Shown: positions 26,981-40,554, counted from the first letter of the stretch. The stretch: 64,000 bases of DNA from Octopus vulgaris (GCA_951406725.2 OX597819.1:86800001-86864000); one strand, 5' to 3'. A program made the numbers and translations. Notes: generated from the letters alone by a model not told the origin.

Positions 26981-28499
26981 TTAGTTTCTGTCTGCCAAAT
27001 TCACTCACAAAGCTTCGGCCCGGGGCTACAGTGGGAAAAACCTCCCGAAAGTGCCACACAGTGGGCCACATTTGCAATATTGAATGATTCTATTTATTTT
27101 ACACTGGTTACTGTTAGTCCATTGTCATCTCTAAACGTAATGTAATTACTGTAGCTTGTACTTTTTCAACATGCTGAGATTCGATATAGCCATTGTTTGA
27201 ACTCCAATCTTTGTGTAACGTTAACTGCATGAAATATATATACTTAGTGGGAGTCGAATGTAATCAGTTGATTGACTCAACCATAGCATTAAATTTCAGT
27301 GGGGTAAAAGGTTAAACGAGATTTGTTTATGGGACAGAATACGATGAAATCGGATACAAAAATATATTGAAGCATTTTAATTTACAGGGTGAATCGGTCG
27401 ATCGAAAAGCTTATGGTACATATCCTATCGTCGCTTTGTGTACATGACAGAGACCTTTCTTAATAGTTCAGCCCACTTGTACAGTGGTTTCTTAAATAGA
27501 TACCAAAACAGTTTATTGTAGAGGGAAAGAAATGAATATTTTGGTATCCATGTTTTCTTCGGTAGAAATAGCAATGTGAGTGACTTGAAAAGAAAGCTTG
27601 AACTCAGTCTTTCTGTGCCGTTTCTAGATGATGCAAAGAGCGCCGTACAGTGGGGTGGGGGTTCCAAAAAGAGGATCGGAGGTTTTATTACTTGCACTAT
27701 TTTTTTTTTGTGTGTTGTCAAAGAGATTCTTTGTGGACGCATCTCAATTTATATGATGGCAATCGACTGGAAAATAGGTTTCGTGTTACAGTAATATTTT
27801 CGGAAATGCGGAATTCTGTAATTCTTAGAATGCTTCAAGTCGCTGGGTTTTTTTTGTTTTTGTATTCCTACAACTACATTTATATCGTGTGTGAAACTAG
27901 TGTTTGCGGATATCAGTAGATGTCGTTATTTAGTCTCATTCGCAGTCACTAAAATAAGTACCAGCTGAGTACTAGGGACGATGTAACTGACTTGCTTCTT
28001 CCGCTCCAATATTTTAGGCTTTGAATCTATGATAGAAAAGATAATTTAGTAATATTTAGGTGACGTGCTGGCAATAATCAGTAGCACCCTGGAGAGAATG
28101 CTTTGCAGCATTTAGCAGAAGGCCAGCAATTTCGAAGGAGGGGTTGAATTGACTACATCGAACCCAACGCTTAACTGGTGCTTTGTTTTACCGATCCCGA
28201 AAGGATGAAAGGCAAAGTCGACCTCGATGGTATTTGAACTCAGAATCAAAAGACGGACGAAATACTGTAAAGAATGTCTACCGGCGTGGCGTGCTGACGA
28301 CTCTGCTACTTTATTCGAAGCAAAACTATTACAGTAAAATTTTGTGAGTAACATATTTATATACGTTTTGAATGCTTATAAAAAAAGAGAGAAAAATTCT
28401 GTCTACATTTATTAAGTTATATAGTTGGAAACATTGTTTATGTGACGAAAGGATTCCTACTTTAAAGATGTATTCCTGATAAATTTTGAAAGATAATTC

Positions 28500-28868
28500 T
28501 CAAGCAAAGTTTAGGTACAGTGATTCTTCAACTAAACAAGAACTTCAATTCCGGTTTCGTACCTATCTTCGATTATGGTCTTGAATATTAGGTAATGACC
28601 GAAAGAATACGATCGTGAATACAAATGACTGGAATGAGGTTCTTCTGGAGGATCTTTGTAGTAACGTTACGCGACAGGGTGCGTATCTCGGAGATCAGGT
28701 GGTCTCTCAGGGTGGAGCCGCTACTTCTCCGCTTTGAGAGGTTACAGCTCCTCTACTATGGACACGTTATTAGAAAGTCGCAGAAAAGTATCTCAAGGCT
28801 AATTCTTCGAGCCTAGCCAACCGATAGGAGACCTAGACGTAAACCAAGAACGAAACGGTTGCATAGGT
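28500..28868 (+). mobile_element. RTE (Rex3/Expander-like) LINE 3' fragment
   Basis: MRFFWRIFVVTLRDRVRISEIRWSLRVEPLLLRFERLQLLYYGHVIR...RRPRRKPRTKR is a typical RTE C-terminus. Confidence 0.85.
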
Positions 28869-29490
28869 TATGTGGTAAGAAGCTTGCTTCCCAACCACAT
28901 CGACCAAGGCCTCGTGAGTAGATTTGGTAGATGGAAACTAAAGAAGCCCGTCGTATATATGGTTGGGGCAGCGAACTCGCGGTCGTATGGTCGCAGTTTC
29001 GATTCCCAAACCGGGCGTTGTGAGTATTTATTGAGCGAAAACACCTAAAGCCCCACGAGGCTCCGGCAGGGTGTGGTGGCGATCCCTGCTGTACTCTTTC
29101 ACCGCAACTTTCTCTCATTCTTTCTTCTGTTGGCCAGCTCGCTTAGCCAGTGGGGTGGCGTCATTTGAAGGCCAAAACAATGCGAAGCGCATTGTGACCA
29201 GCGATGCGTAGCAACATCTGATAGCCTGGTCAGTCACGTGATCACATGATATATTTATGTTTGTATGTCTTTGTGTCTGCGCTTGTCCCCCCCCCATCAC
29301 TTGACAACCGATGTTGGTGTGTTTCCGTCGCCGTAACATAAGCAGCTCGGCAAAGGATACCGATAGAATAAATACTAGGCTTACAAAGAATAAGTTCTGT
29401 GGTCGATTTCTTTAACTAAAAAAACCCTTCAGGTGGTGCTCCAGCATGGTCGCAGTCAAATGATTGAAACAAGTAAAATAATAATAGAAT
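28860..29490 (+). mobile_element. SINE A interrupted at its TA tract by a SINE-D-headed element (about 28960-29250)
   Basis: SINE-A halves flank an insert with head gcagcgaactcgcggtcg...gagcgaaaacacctaaagc and tail ggtcagtcacgtgatcacatgat. Confidence 0.75.
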
Positions 29491-29899
29491 AAAGGAATTG
29501 TTTCAGTTTGTTACACTTCTGATAAGGCCCCGTGGAGGAGGTACCTGAAGACGATCCTTCTAGGAATAATATGCGTCGAAGATGGATGGATTAAATATGT
29601 TAGCGTATGTGTGTGCGCGCATCCTTGTTCTGTGTGGCGATGTACATTTGTGAATGGACTTGTGTCTGTGCGCAAATATTTTGTCTTCTTATTGTAGAAG
29701 TAACATTACTCTTCCCTCTAAACTCTTAGTTTCCATTTATACTTGGAGAAAAGCTATGGGAAGCCACTTAAAATATACAATCATATTATATACATTGTGG
29801 CTGAGGCAGAAAATATTAATATTTTCTAAAAAAAAAAAGAAAAAAAAAAGAAGAAAATAATGATTACATAAGAAAAGCAATTTCACTATCTGACAGACG

Positions 29900-30950
29900 C
29901 TGAACGGGTATGATCAAGTTGCAAAAACATTGAGTTTGTATCTAGGACACTTAAATATTTAGAGAATACATTCTACTTAGCAGTGTTTGTCAGCCTTTAA
30001 AACTCATTCCAATTTTACAAGTATATTTTGTGGGACAAAACACAAATAAGTATGTTTCGTTATTGTCGTGTTGAAAGTTTTTGTAAGTAGTTTTGTAAGG
30101 GAAATATGTGATTCATTGCATGTAAAATACAATGTTGTGACAATATACGTTGTGCATTCGTCGTGATACTTTACGAGAGTATATGTTGTGACTGTATTTC
30201 AACTTATCTTCTTTCAGGTCAACTGTATAGTTGTTTGTATTTTAGTCAAGACAGTTGACACATCGGCAGTAAAACTCATATTTCTTTATCATATTTTATG
30301 TAACCGTAATCGGTCATCTGCACATTGCAAATTGCTGACAGATTAGGAGTGAGTTTGGCACTACTTATATGTAGAGATCCCACTTAAAAACAGGTCCTGA
30401 TGGATGTACATAACGATATGTTTTTACAGTGCACACTCGTTAGGGGGTTACGGTTAGGGTTAGTTTTAGGGTTAGTGCTAGTTAGGGTTAGGGTTAGTGT
30501 TAGAGTTAGGGTTAGGGTTAGTTTTAGGGTTAGTTAGGGTCAGGGTTAGTTTTATGGTTACTTAGATGCACCGGGACCTCTCAAATTAAAGTAGTATCGC
30601 TAAGGGCCCTCAATATTTAAGCAGTACCGAGAATTTTTCATTAAAATTATTAAGAATATGTTTCTTAAAGGTAATAGTCATTAAATGATATAAAACGCAT
30701 ATCGGGCGAAGGATATGTATGCTGGGATACACACCTTCAATGAAATGATGTGACCTCCCCACATAACGAACCGTGAGGAATGTTTCGTAAGTTTGTGATG
30801 GCAGACTGATATTTTGGCTTGCTTTCAATATTTTATCATTAGTAACAATTATTGTACCTGGTGGGTTTATACTCATCCAGCTCCCTTAGTTCACGACACT
30901 CGGTCTCTTATCCAAAATACTGCTTGCATTAGACCCAAGACAACAGTTTG
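29900..30950 (-). pseudogene. decayed copy of an unidentified gene-like duplicated segment (paralogous to 34550-35800)
   Basis: colinear nucleotide anchors shared with 34575-35797; residual frames with Cys and NxS/T sequons (RNMSF, CNESHI, FNTT). Confidence 0.45.
30358..30597. repeat. interstitial degenerate (TTAGGG)n tract bracketed by imperfect inverted repeats
   Basis: telomere-like tract about 30439-30560; arms actacttatatgtagagatccc and gggacctctcaaattaaagtagt. Confidence 0.7.
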
Positions 30951-30955
30951 GTACA

Positions 30956-31468
30956 TCTATATATATAAAACTGTAGTTGTGTGAGTGTCTGTCCCCTTCG
31001 ATTTAGATTCCTAACTACTCCCACATTTTGCGGTGCAGTTTAACCAAATTCGGGTATCTTATAGTCGTGATTCATATCGAGCCCGTCTGAGTATTAGCGC
31101 GCGTCTACGATGAGTCTACGATTTTAAAAATAATTTAACATCATTTTTTATTCCATTTTAATGCATAATTTTTTGTGTGTCGATGGCGGCGGAGTTGGCG
31201 TCCATGGTCACACCTGCACCTGTTTGCTTCTCCCCCTTCTTCCCTCCCTCGTGAAGCTGTGGGGAAGGGAGTGTAAGGAAATCAACGTCGTAAAGCGTTG
31301 TCAAGGAGACCAGCGTTCTTTTAGAACAACGACTTCATGGCTTGAAGACACCAAAACAGAAATGGCTAAGAAAGCCCGAATTGGCATCTATAAGGGAAGT
31401 AACACTCAAAAAATGCTTATATAGTTATTTCCCTTACAAACCCGAGCAACGCCGGGCGATACTGCTAC
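30956..31468 (+). mobile_element. non-autonomous Helitron
   Basis: A|TCTATATATATAAAA 5' end; 3' hairpin cccgagcaacgccggg followed by CTAC|T (CTAG variant); A-T target, no TSD. Confidence 0.85.
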
Positions 31469-32073
31469 TTTAAAAATAAAATAGTGCGTCTTATACGCTG
31501 GCAAAAGTGGCGTATAACGAATAAGTCGCTTTGTAAACAGTAGCAGCAGCTTTGTAAAATGAGAACAAAAGTTTTGCATGTATGTATGTCGTCTAGATCC
31601 TACAATCTCATAGACGTTAATTGGGTCGGCCAGACATTAATAGATTTCTCTTGAAAGGGAAAACATGTAATTCACTCGATCGTTTGACAAAAATATATCA
31701 AGAGAGGAAGTCTAGATGTTGGTAAAAGTGAGTTCTCATTCGTCTCTTTGCTTCATCCTAGATTATGTAAATACTACTGATACTTGTGGTGAAATAATGC
31801 TCAGATGAATGTTTGTAGCATAACTTCAGCTAAACTTTGAGTTTGATTAAGCAATACGTAAATGCTTCAATATATTACAAATCGTTAATGGCAAGGTTTA
31901 TTTCCATGGTTACGGTTTCTATTTCCCCATATAAATTACTTCTGACCGGATATTGTATTTCATCTGGTTCATAGACGTTTTTAAAGTAAGGGTAAATGTT
32001 TTACTGACACATTATGATAATCTCATTTCACACAGATTGATTTCTAATATAGGAATAAGGAACAAAGCCACAG

Positions 32074-32115
<42 letters not shown>

Positions 32116-32162
32116 TTTAAATATTTGTTGGCTAAACTGGCAATATGACCATTCCGAAATAT

Positions 32163-32197
<35 letters not shown>

Positions 32198-32280
32198 CGT
32201 ATGTATGTATATAAATAAATAAATAAATAAATATATATATATATATAGACATATATATATATAGACATATATATATATAT

Positions 32281-32315
<35 letters not shown>

Positions 32316-32316
32316 C

Positions 32317-32357
<41 letters not shown>

Positions 32358-32431
32358 TATACATATATATATATATACATATATATGTGTGTGTGTATAT
32401 ATATATATATATTTATTTATATACATACATA

Positions 32432-32462
<31 letters not shown>

Positions 32463-32833
32463 AAAGTAACAAACTGAGGAAAATAAATCCTTCAAAGGGG
32501 CGTGTTAAACATCCAATTCACTGGTACTTCAGTTGGACACCATATAAATATAGGTATAGTTCAATTATAAAGATAAATAAAGTGACATTCTATTGACAAT
32601 AATCTATTTATATTACAATATTACATTAAGTACCAAGAATATAATATATAACATAGTATTATATAACATAAATAATTATAAAGCCCCAAAAAGGCCAACA
32701 AATTGGTTCGGCTTATATATATTTTTTCTGATATACATAATGACACACATAACGTATATCAGTCACTTCGGGGTCTTTGGTTTAGAAAAAGGTGAAATTC
32801 CGTGTGAAAGGACGACTGGATTGTAAAAAGAGA

Positions 32834-32869
<36 letters not shown>

Positions 32870-32943
32870 GTAAGTCGTCAAAAAGTCAATAAGTCAGGAA
32901 AAAAGATGCACTCGTATATTTGTCAACAGAGTGGGTATGTTAT

Positions 32944-33116
32944 CCGAAGTGTACAGTATCATATGAAATATGGCGCTATATTTCATTCCATATCAGCTAC
33001 CTCTGATGAGCGCAGAGTTATATAATCGGATTGTTACCTAACACTCTGTTGTATCCCTAGCGCGAAACCGATTGGTAAAATCGGCCGTGATGGATATGTA
33101 ATACTGTACACTACGG
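32944..33116 (+). ncRNA. hammerhead core embedded in a long branched fold-back
   Basis: CTGATGA 33003-33009, gcgc/gcgc stem II, GAAA 33064-33067, stem III ccgatt/aatcgg; outer arms ccgaagtgtacagtat / atactgtacactacgg. Confidence 0.6.
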
Positions 33117-34549
33117 AATATATATATATATATATATAAAGAGTCATGGTGCTCATGGTTTCTGTAGAAAATCAGAAGCGCAAGTGAAATGCTTTCAACG
33201 ATATTGCCACATTTATTTGTGTCGTGGCTAATAGAATCAAACCATTTTGAACTGCATTTGAATCTTCCATAACGTGATAACGACATTACTCGCGAAAAGC
33301 ATCAACTGACGGAGCCTTTCTTGAATCACGTTATATGAATCCAGTTTTTAACGATAACCGAACAGTATAATACAGCTGCAAGACTAAAATAAAATGTAGT
33401 CATGTTTGTTAGTCTTAATTCAATAGTTAATAGTTATTGCACTTAATGAAATCATTTCTATAATCCACTGAATCGTTGCAGCATAGAAGTTTTCTTATAC
33501 AAATAAATCCTACCCAAGCCAAATTAATGTGTAAAACAAAACTAAACACTTGTGAAAAGTATATGGTAGTTTTGTTTAAGATCTGTCTTTCTGTCATCAT
33601 TTACAACCAACTAGGCTAATTAAAATGAAATATGTCATATTAAAATACTTGTCGAAAGCCCAAGCGGGAAGGCCACATCTTTCTCTTCCTCGGTCTCAGA
33701 CGAACAGCAAGGATCACAAACGTTAGATTCTACACTCATGGCGACAATTAAAATTATTGATCTCTCCTATATACTAATCATTATCGATGCATATCGGAAC
33801 AAGTTCCTCTGATTTCAGATTCTGTCCAACGTTGAAACATTAACATGATATGAATATCTAATGCAAACCAATCTATCGGCTCAGCCGAGCTTAAGTTTTC
33901 GATATCTAGCTAAATCAATGTGCACTTTTTGCAGACAGAGCGTAAGGTTATTACAGAATAGACGAAGAAAATAAACAACTTATAATTAAACAAATGAAGA
34001 CGGTTCTGGTACAGAAACGAAGTAAGGAAATCTAGTCTACGTTTAGCAGGAAATTAACAATAGAAGCCAGACATTGTGTGATGGAAAATAAACGTTCGTC
34101 TAAAATACAACCTCCGCTATACAAAATATCAATTAACGTCCTATTAATTAATCAAGAAAATATGCATATATGCACGTGGTTTGTGAGCATCTGAGACTCT
34201 GTGTGCGTGCTGGTGTGTGTGTGTGTTGGTGTGTATATGTATGTGTGTACGCGTGTATAAGAGTGAGGGTGTGTGTTTATGAGTGAATGTGTGCGTGTAT
34301 GTGTGTGTATGAGTGTTCATGCGCCTGACACAAACGTGATATTTCATACCCAAATCATGACGATATAGCTGTAATCAAGATAGTTTATTTTATTTAAAAC
34401 TTATTCGCATTGAAAAATAAGTAAAAAATAATATAAAATAAAGCAGAGCAAAAAAAAAACAGCACAAAAAGTTTAAAAAAAACAACAGAAGAGCACAAAA
34501 TAAGAAAACGTTTTTAAAATATTAGATCTAGAAAATACCGTATAGGACA

Positions 34550-35800
34550 TTGTTCGAGTTTGTAAGTACACCTGAGTATATTTTGTGATAAAATAAATGC
34601 TGTACATTCCATCATACGTTTATTGAAAGATATTCTAAAATGGTGTCGTAGGGGAAAATATGCGATTCTGTGCATCTAAGTACAATATTGTTTACAGTAT
34701 ACTGGAGTCAAACATAAAACATTGAATTTATATATATCACGTTATGGGATATCATATTTAAACAGCATCTCCTTATATATCAACTGTACAATTTGTTTAT
34801 ATTTTGGTTAAGAGAATTGCCGTACAGAATGTGAAACTCAAATTTCTGGCTGTAACGTTTTGTGTTGCCGCAATTGCTCCCAGTCCCATGGTGGGTGGAA
34901 GTTCAACATTCTTTCAGTCTTTCCTTGAGATATTCACATTTAGATAAATATAAAACGTTTCTCAAAGGTAACAAAGAAATCGAATAATGTATTGGGTTGT
35001 CCAGAAAGTTCGTGCTGATTTTTAAAGGAAAGAAAAAGGTCAATAAATACTTGTCATTACATTTTTAATCAACCAAATATGAACCATTTTGTTGCACAAT
35101 GCGTCTCTATCTTTCCTTCAACTTGAAAATACCCTCTTCCAAGAATTGAGGTGGTTTCATGGCAAAGAATTCATCAAGGTATCTTTTTACGTCATCCAAG
35201 GAATTGAAATTTTTACCATTAAGACTATTTTGCAGAGACCTGAATAAGTGGAAATCCGAAGGAGCAATATCTGGTGAATATGTAGGGTGGCTAACACATC
35301 CCAACCGAGCAGCAGCAATTTTTGTCTGGTTCCCAAAGCATTAAGTGCCGAAAATGAACTTTCTTCTCTTCCATTTTAAAGGCTTACAGAATTAACACAG
35401 GTTATAGGAACATAAACCTTCTTCCAAGAAAAGATAGCTTAAACTGAGCTCTAAATGGAGGTGTGGTTAAATCCTATTTTATGGACTCAACCATGTTCTA
35501 AAATAAGTCGAAAGTTAAGCTGCTATAAATCGGCACGAACTTTCCGGACAATCCAATAAGTCATATATAAGGTTATGTATGCGAGGAAGAAAGTATAGTG
35601 AGATAATGTGACCTCCTCACGTAAATGCTGATATCCCGTACGCAATTTTTCATAAGTTTGTGCTAACGGCCTGAGATAATTTGGTTTGTTTCCAAAGTTG
35701 TATTATTAGCAACAATTACAGTGCCCAGCGGATTTGCTTATCCGGCTTCCTAGCTTATGTTATTCAGTTTCTCATCCGTAATACAGTCGCATTAGATGCA
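34550..35800 (-). pseudogene. second decayed copy of the duplicated segment, interrupted by a mariner
   Basis: homology to 30020-30933 resumes on both sides of the mariner at 34992-35556. Confidence 0.45.
34992..35556 (-). mobile_element. internally deleted mariner (Hsmar1/mellifera-like), 565 bp
   Basis: TIRs ttgggttgtccagaaagttcgtgc / gcacgaactttccggacaatccaa with TA TSD; MEEKKVHFRHLMLW fused to TRQKL..YSPDIAPSDFHLFRSLQN. Confidence 0.92.
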
Positions 35801-36703
35801 AGGTAAGCTAAATAGGAGATAAAGTCAAGTCTGCAAGCAAGATGCTTAACCTTGCAAAATATAACATTGCAAATAAATATATCTCGGGATTATGTTTATA
35901 GAAGAAGCATATGGATGTTATAAAAATGACTAGTTATATAAACATTTATTTCTTAGATCAAACACTTGTTGATCGCAACTTCCGGTTAAATCATGAAAAT
36001 TAGAACCCACACACATGCTACATATATGATGCGTAATTTTTAAAAGTGTTGGGTGTAAATGTGATAAAAAAAAAGATTCATCGACAAAGAAGAAAGTTGT
36101 TGAAAAAAGATATGACGTTCAGGCAGTAAATTTTGGACATCATTCGATGTGTTATTTTTAAAATAGTAGGGTGTGATTTGTAGGAGATCTGGTTGCTAGT
36201 TGCAGCTAGTCGAGTGACCATTTAGAGGGTCCCTCGCTGCCATTTATACAAACACACACATACATACACGCAAGTGCACAAACACACGCGCACACACGCA
36301 TATACACAAACCCGTACACATAGGCAGACAGTCAGACACACACACACACACACACATTAGATTTGTAAATGCGTATGTATTTATTTGTACGAATATGTGT
36401 GTTGAATCACAAGCGCATGGGGATGTGTACCAGTACAGGAAGGCATGTATGTGTCTTAATCTGTGGATGTAGCGCGTCTAAATCTGTATAAATATGTCTA
36501 TGTAAATTTTCGGCGATATAGCGTTATTATTATGCAAAAATTATAAAAATTGTTAAATTTTAAAATGAAGATTTTGCAAATGTCTGTAATATCATTAGCT
36601 TTATGTTGTGCAGTATAAAACAGCAAAAGACGGAGTATTGGAATATATTAACAGCTGGAATTTTTTCTAGTAATTACGATAGATAAATAGATAAATAGTC
36701 AAA

Positions 36704-36741
<38 letters not shown>

Positions 36742-37096
36742 TATATCATATTATATTATATTATATTATATACATATAATGTATATATGTATGTATTGTT
36801 GACGTCATAAAATGAAATGCACCTACAAACACACAAACACAAATATACAGATATGCAAATACGCACACATACGTATATATGGAAAGAAAGGGGGTGGAGA
36901 TAGAGAAAGAGAGAAATGTTGTTAGATTAGATTAGACCATTTTTAATTTGTCTCGTGTTATCATGGATATATAGTTACATGAATAAACAGACCACTGAAA
37001 CATTGCGAAAAAGATAAACAGAAACCTCATTTATAACGAAAATAGAAGTAATATAAAAATTTGGTTGGCGAGGAGAAAACCCAATAAATTGAAATA

Positions 37097-37548
37097 CCGT
37101 AAATCCTCGAGTATAATCCGCATTTTCCCCCAAAATTTAAAGGTTAAAATCCCTAGTGCGTACTATATACGAGGTTAAAAATGAAAATTATTTTGTAAGC
37201 AACGTCTGCGTCTCTATTTGCTGTCTGGCAATTTTTCTTCAGACGCATTTTGTGATGTCGGGCGCGAAAATACCTTAAGCTAAGCCTGAAAGCAATGAAG
37301 TCATAAAAGAATCATCCATAACTTGCAGTAAGCAACATTTATTAAACGTTATTACTGTTATTTCTTTATTTTCTGCAAATAAAATGCACAAAAAAGCTAC
37401 ACGTTTGCATTATGTTATATATACAATAATAAAGGACGTTACCGTATACATTTTTACAAACCAAGGACGTTATATAGACTTCCTTGACTCAAGTTAGAGA
37501 AAGGGTGCGTATTATACTCAAGGGCGGACTATACTCGAGGATTTACGG
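37097..37548. mobile_element. pogo/Tc2-type MITE, 452 bp
   Basis: perfect TIR ccgtaaatcctcgagtata / tatactcgaggatttacgg with TA TSD; subterminal gtgcgta(c/t)tata repeats; no ORF. Confidence 0.9.
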
Positions 37549-38152
37549 TAGGTAAACTCTGTTTAGTGCCCTTTTCACTCCCTGTTTTTAGGATTTTATT
37601 TCATAGAAGTGAAAAAAGAGGGTATATCAGAAACATTTGTTTTTCTTTTTTATTAGGTGAGTAAGCATTGATTTCTAATATAGGTACATGCCCTAAAATT
37701 GTGGACGAGGGTGTAGTCAATTACAATCTGCCCCATTTCCTAACTGACACTTTATTGATTCCGGAAGAATAAAAGGGAAAGTTGACTCTAACGGGGTACG
37801 AAATTTTAATTCAAAACGCAGTAAAGATGTGCTTAAATATCTCAAGGATTTTTGTATGACGCTCTGCCGATTCTGCTAATCTATCATTAATATGAGCAGA
37901 TACAGATCCTGCTGTGTTCTGCTTTGTCTCGGGACAGTATAATAGAACAGGCATATGACCAAAGGAGTTCTAGCTATGTGCATCCTATCACTTATTTTTA
38001 TATATCTATGTCAATATCAGACATAGGCAACCTTTTCCAGAAAGTTTTGTAGTGCGGTTCGCCTTAAGATGAGACATGGCTCACCATAAGGCTGGATGCA
38101 CTACTAAAAAAAATGCAAGGTAATTTTTCGTTAGGTGTGCATTTCAGAATAC

Positions 38153-38788
38153 CTAAATGCCAATGTACCTCAAAACGGGAAGCAGTTCGCCCATGACTGA
38201 TCGTCCTTCCCAGTTTCTAAGATGATACAGATGATTTGAGGTAGATTGACATTTGGGTATTATTCCTAAAAGGTCGACCGATAGCACATTGCAGTTCTTT
38301 CGTTGGCTTGTTATAGATTTTGTAAATATTGATGGTAAGAATTTACAAGATTTCAGCACGTAGTATCTATCCATGAGGTTATACGCAAATACGCTGTCGG
38401 TATATTTTATTTGCCAAGGTGTCTTTGTATTGCAAGCTTACATGTAAAGTTTATGAAACAGATGTTCCTGATTTTGTTTTTCTAGCATACTGTACAGGAT
38501 GAAAGAGAAATATTTCGATATCCGGATTATTTATTCATAAGTTTGTTTTAAATCCTGTTTGGTGAACAATAGCGTTGTTGGTTATATGCTTCCAGTGAAA
38601 TAATCTTTTCCATTCACTGCAGTTATGTTGGTGAGAGTGAGTAGGGGTTTATAATGCGAATCGGACAGAAGAAATACTACACAAGGTAATTTTTTGTTAC
38701 TTGCAAAGTATTCGCTTTTGGTTTTCTCGTCGATATTTTCATTTCTTTCATCGATATACTTGGGAAAAAGATACATGCACGCACACAA
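38153..38788 (-). pseudogene. residual reading frame of an unidentified gene
   Basis: ORFs 38582-38788 and 38153-38374 share a frame, giving about 212 codons with 3 internal stops in non-repetitive AT-rich DNA; short matches to neighbouring duplicated segments (QTYE; C..DLLG..P.C). Confidence 0.4.
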
Positions 38789-39311
38789 TGAAATTCATAC
38801 ATACATACATACACATACACACACTAATACACGATCATTCACATACATGAAGGAAGCCAACTACTCCTGAGAGTTCAAGAAGTTCCATTGCGTGAATTTG
38901 TTTCAAGTGGATAAAATGTTACACAGCACTGAACCCTCTTTTCTTTGCAATCAGCTATGAAATAGTGGTGCAGCAGAGACTGAGACAACCAGAAACCAAC
39001 TGCACTTCAGGTTTTTTTTAATACGAGTTTACTTTCTTCTAAATGGAAGTTCTAACGAGAACAAGTGGTTCTTCATCCCCATTGGTTTACATGCTAGGTT
39101 ACTCATAACTCGGGCCCTGACAGGTGCTGCTACTCCGGGTCGGAATAGACTTGGGAATGATAGTAACTAAGAGGTGGTTCCACACTCCCGAAAACCTTGG
39201 AACTCCTGTACCAGAGCCCCACAACCGGATGAAGTTTCAAGTCATACCCAGGACATACATGCACCATGCATACATACATACATACATACATACATACATA
39301 CATAGCTACAT

Positions 39312-39361
<50 letters not shown>

Positions 39362-39586
39362 AGCACACACTCGTGTGTGTGCACTATACTTGTTTCAGTC
39401 ACTGTCTTCGGTCATGCTTGGGTACCACCTGGAAGGGTTTAGTCGATCTAATCAATCTCCAGACTTATTCTTTTAAAATCTGGTACATAATTTACCAGTT
39501 TGTTCTTTACTGAACCGCTAAATTTTAAGGACGTAAACAAACCAACACTGGTTGCCAAACGGTGGAAAGCAAACAGAAGCACAAGG

Positions 39587-39651
<65 letters not shown>

Positions 39652-40554
39652 CTGGTAGGTAAAATGATTACGCACAGGTTTCCTTGTTGGCGCTGTCGTA
39701 CCGAGTATGTTAGCTACCTTATTGAAAAAAAAAAATTAAAAGTGGAATCGTGTACATTCCTAAAGAAAACCCAGTCGCTAAAGACACCATTGATGAAGAT
39801 ACTGTAGTTTTCATTGCTCTGTTTGTTTCCCTAGATAGTAAATCATTTCAAGCGGTGATATTTGATAAAAAATAAAGACTGTTTTTAAATATAAAATGTC
39901 AAGTCCAGTGTTGAATTGAAATGACTCACACCTCTTGTGATTTTTATACTTCGGCAATAAAAATGTGCTGTTATTTATCACTATTGTCTTATCATTTGAA
40001 GATATTTGCTGTTTAAAAGGAGTAGAATTGACAAATTTTGTTGCAAAACATATGACAAACTCAGTCATCGACGAAGAAGTCACGGAGTTTGGAAGAGGAC
40101 ACTACCAGTTAAATCAGCTTCACTAATTGAATGTTGTTTCCTTCATCGATTCCGGAAGGATGAAAAACAAAGACTACCCCAGCAGTGATTGAATTCAGAC
40201 CCTAATACACACGTGATTGAATTCAGAACCTATGTATACACACGGACGCACACACACACACACACACGCACACACAAACATATGTACACTTTAATTACAT
40301 CAATACATTGATTGCACGGATTCCGGAAGAAGCAGTAATTTCGTTAATGCACTTGATGTAGCTACAAATTGAAAAGATTTCCGGTAGTGATGTGTACTAA
40401 TTTGGGTTTTAGTTTTAAACATTTTTTTCGTAACCACAAGGCCAAAAAGGTGAACGCAAGCATCATTCAATTAAATCGATCTCAGAATTGATCTGGCTGT
40501 TATTTGAACACACAACGTAAAGGAACGCATTGGAAAACCACAAAATACCAAATA

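Noticed and set aside
29555-29585. CTGAAGAcg...cgtcGAA possible hammerhead
   Set aside because: GAAA, stem III and stem I are absent
30439-30560. True telomere or chromosome-fusion site
   Set aside because: Short, degenerate, single orientation, intronic and absent from the paralogous segment
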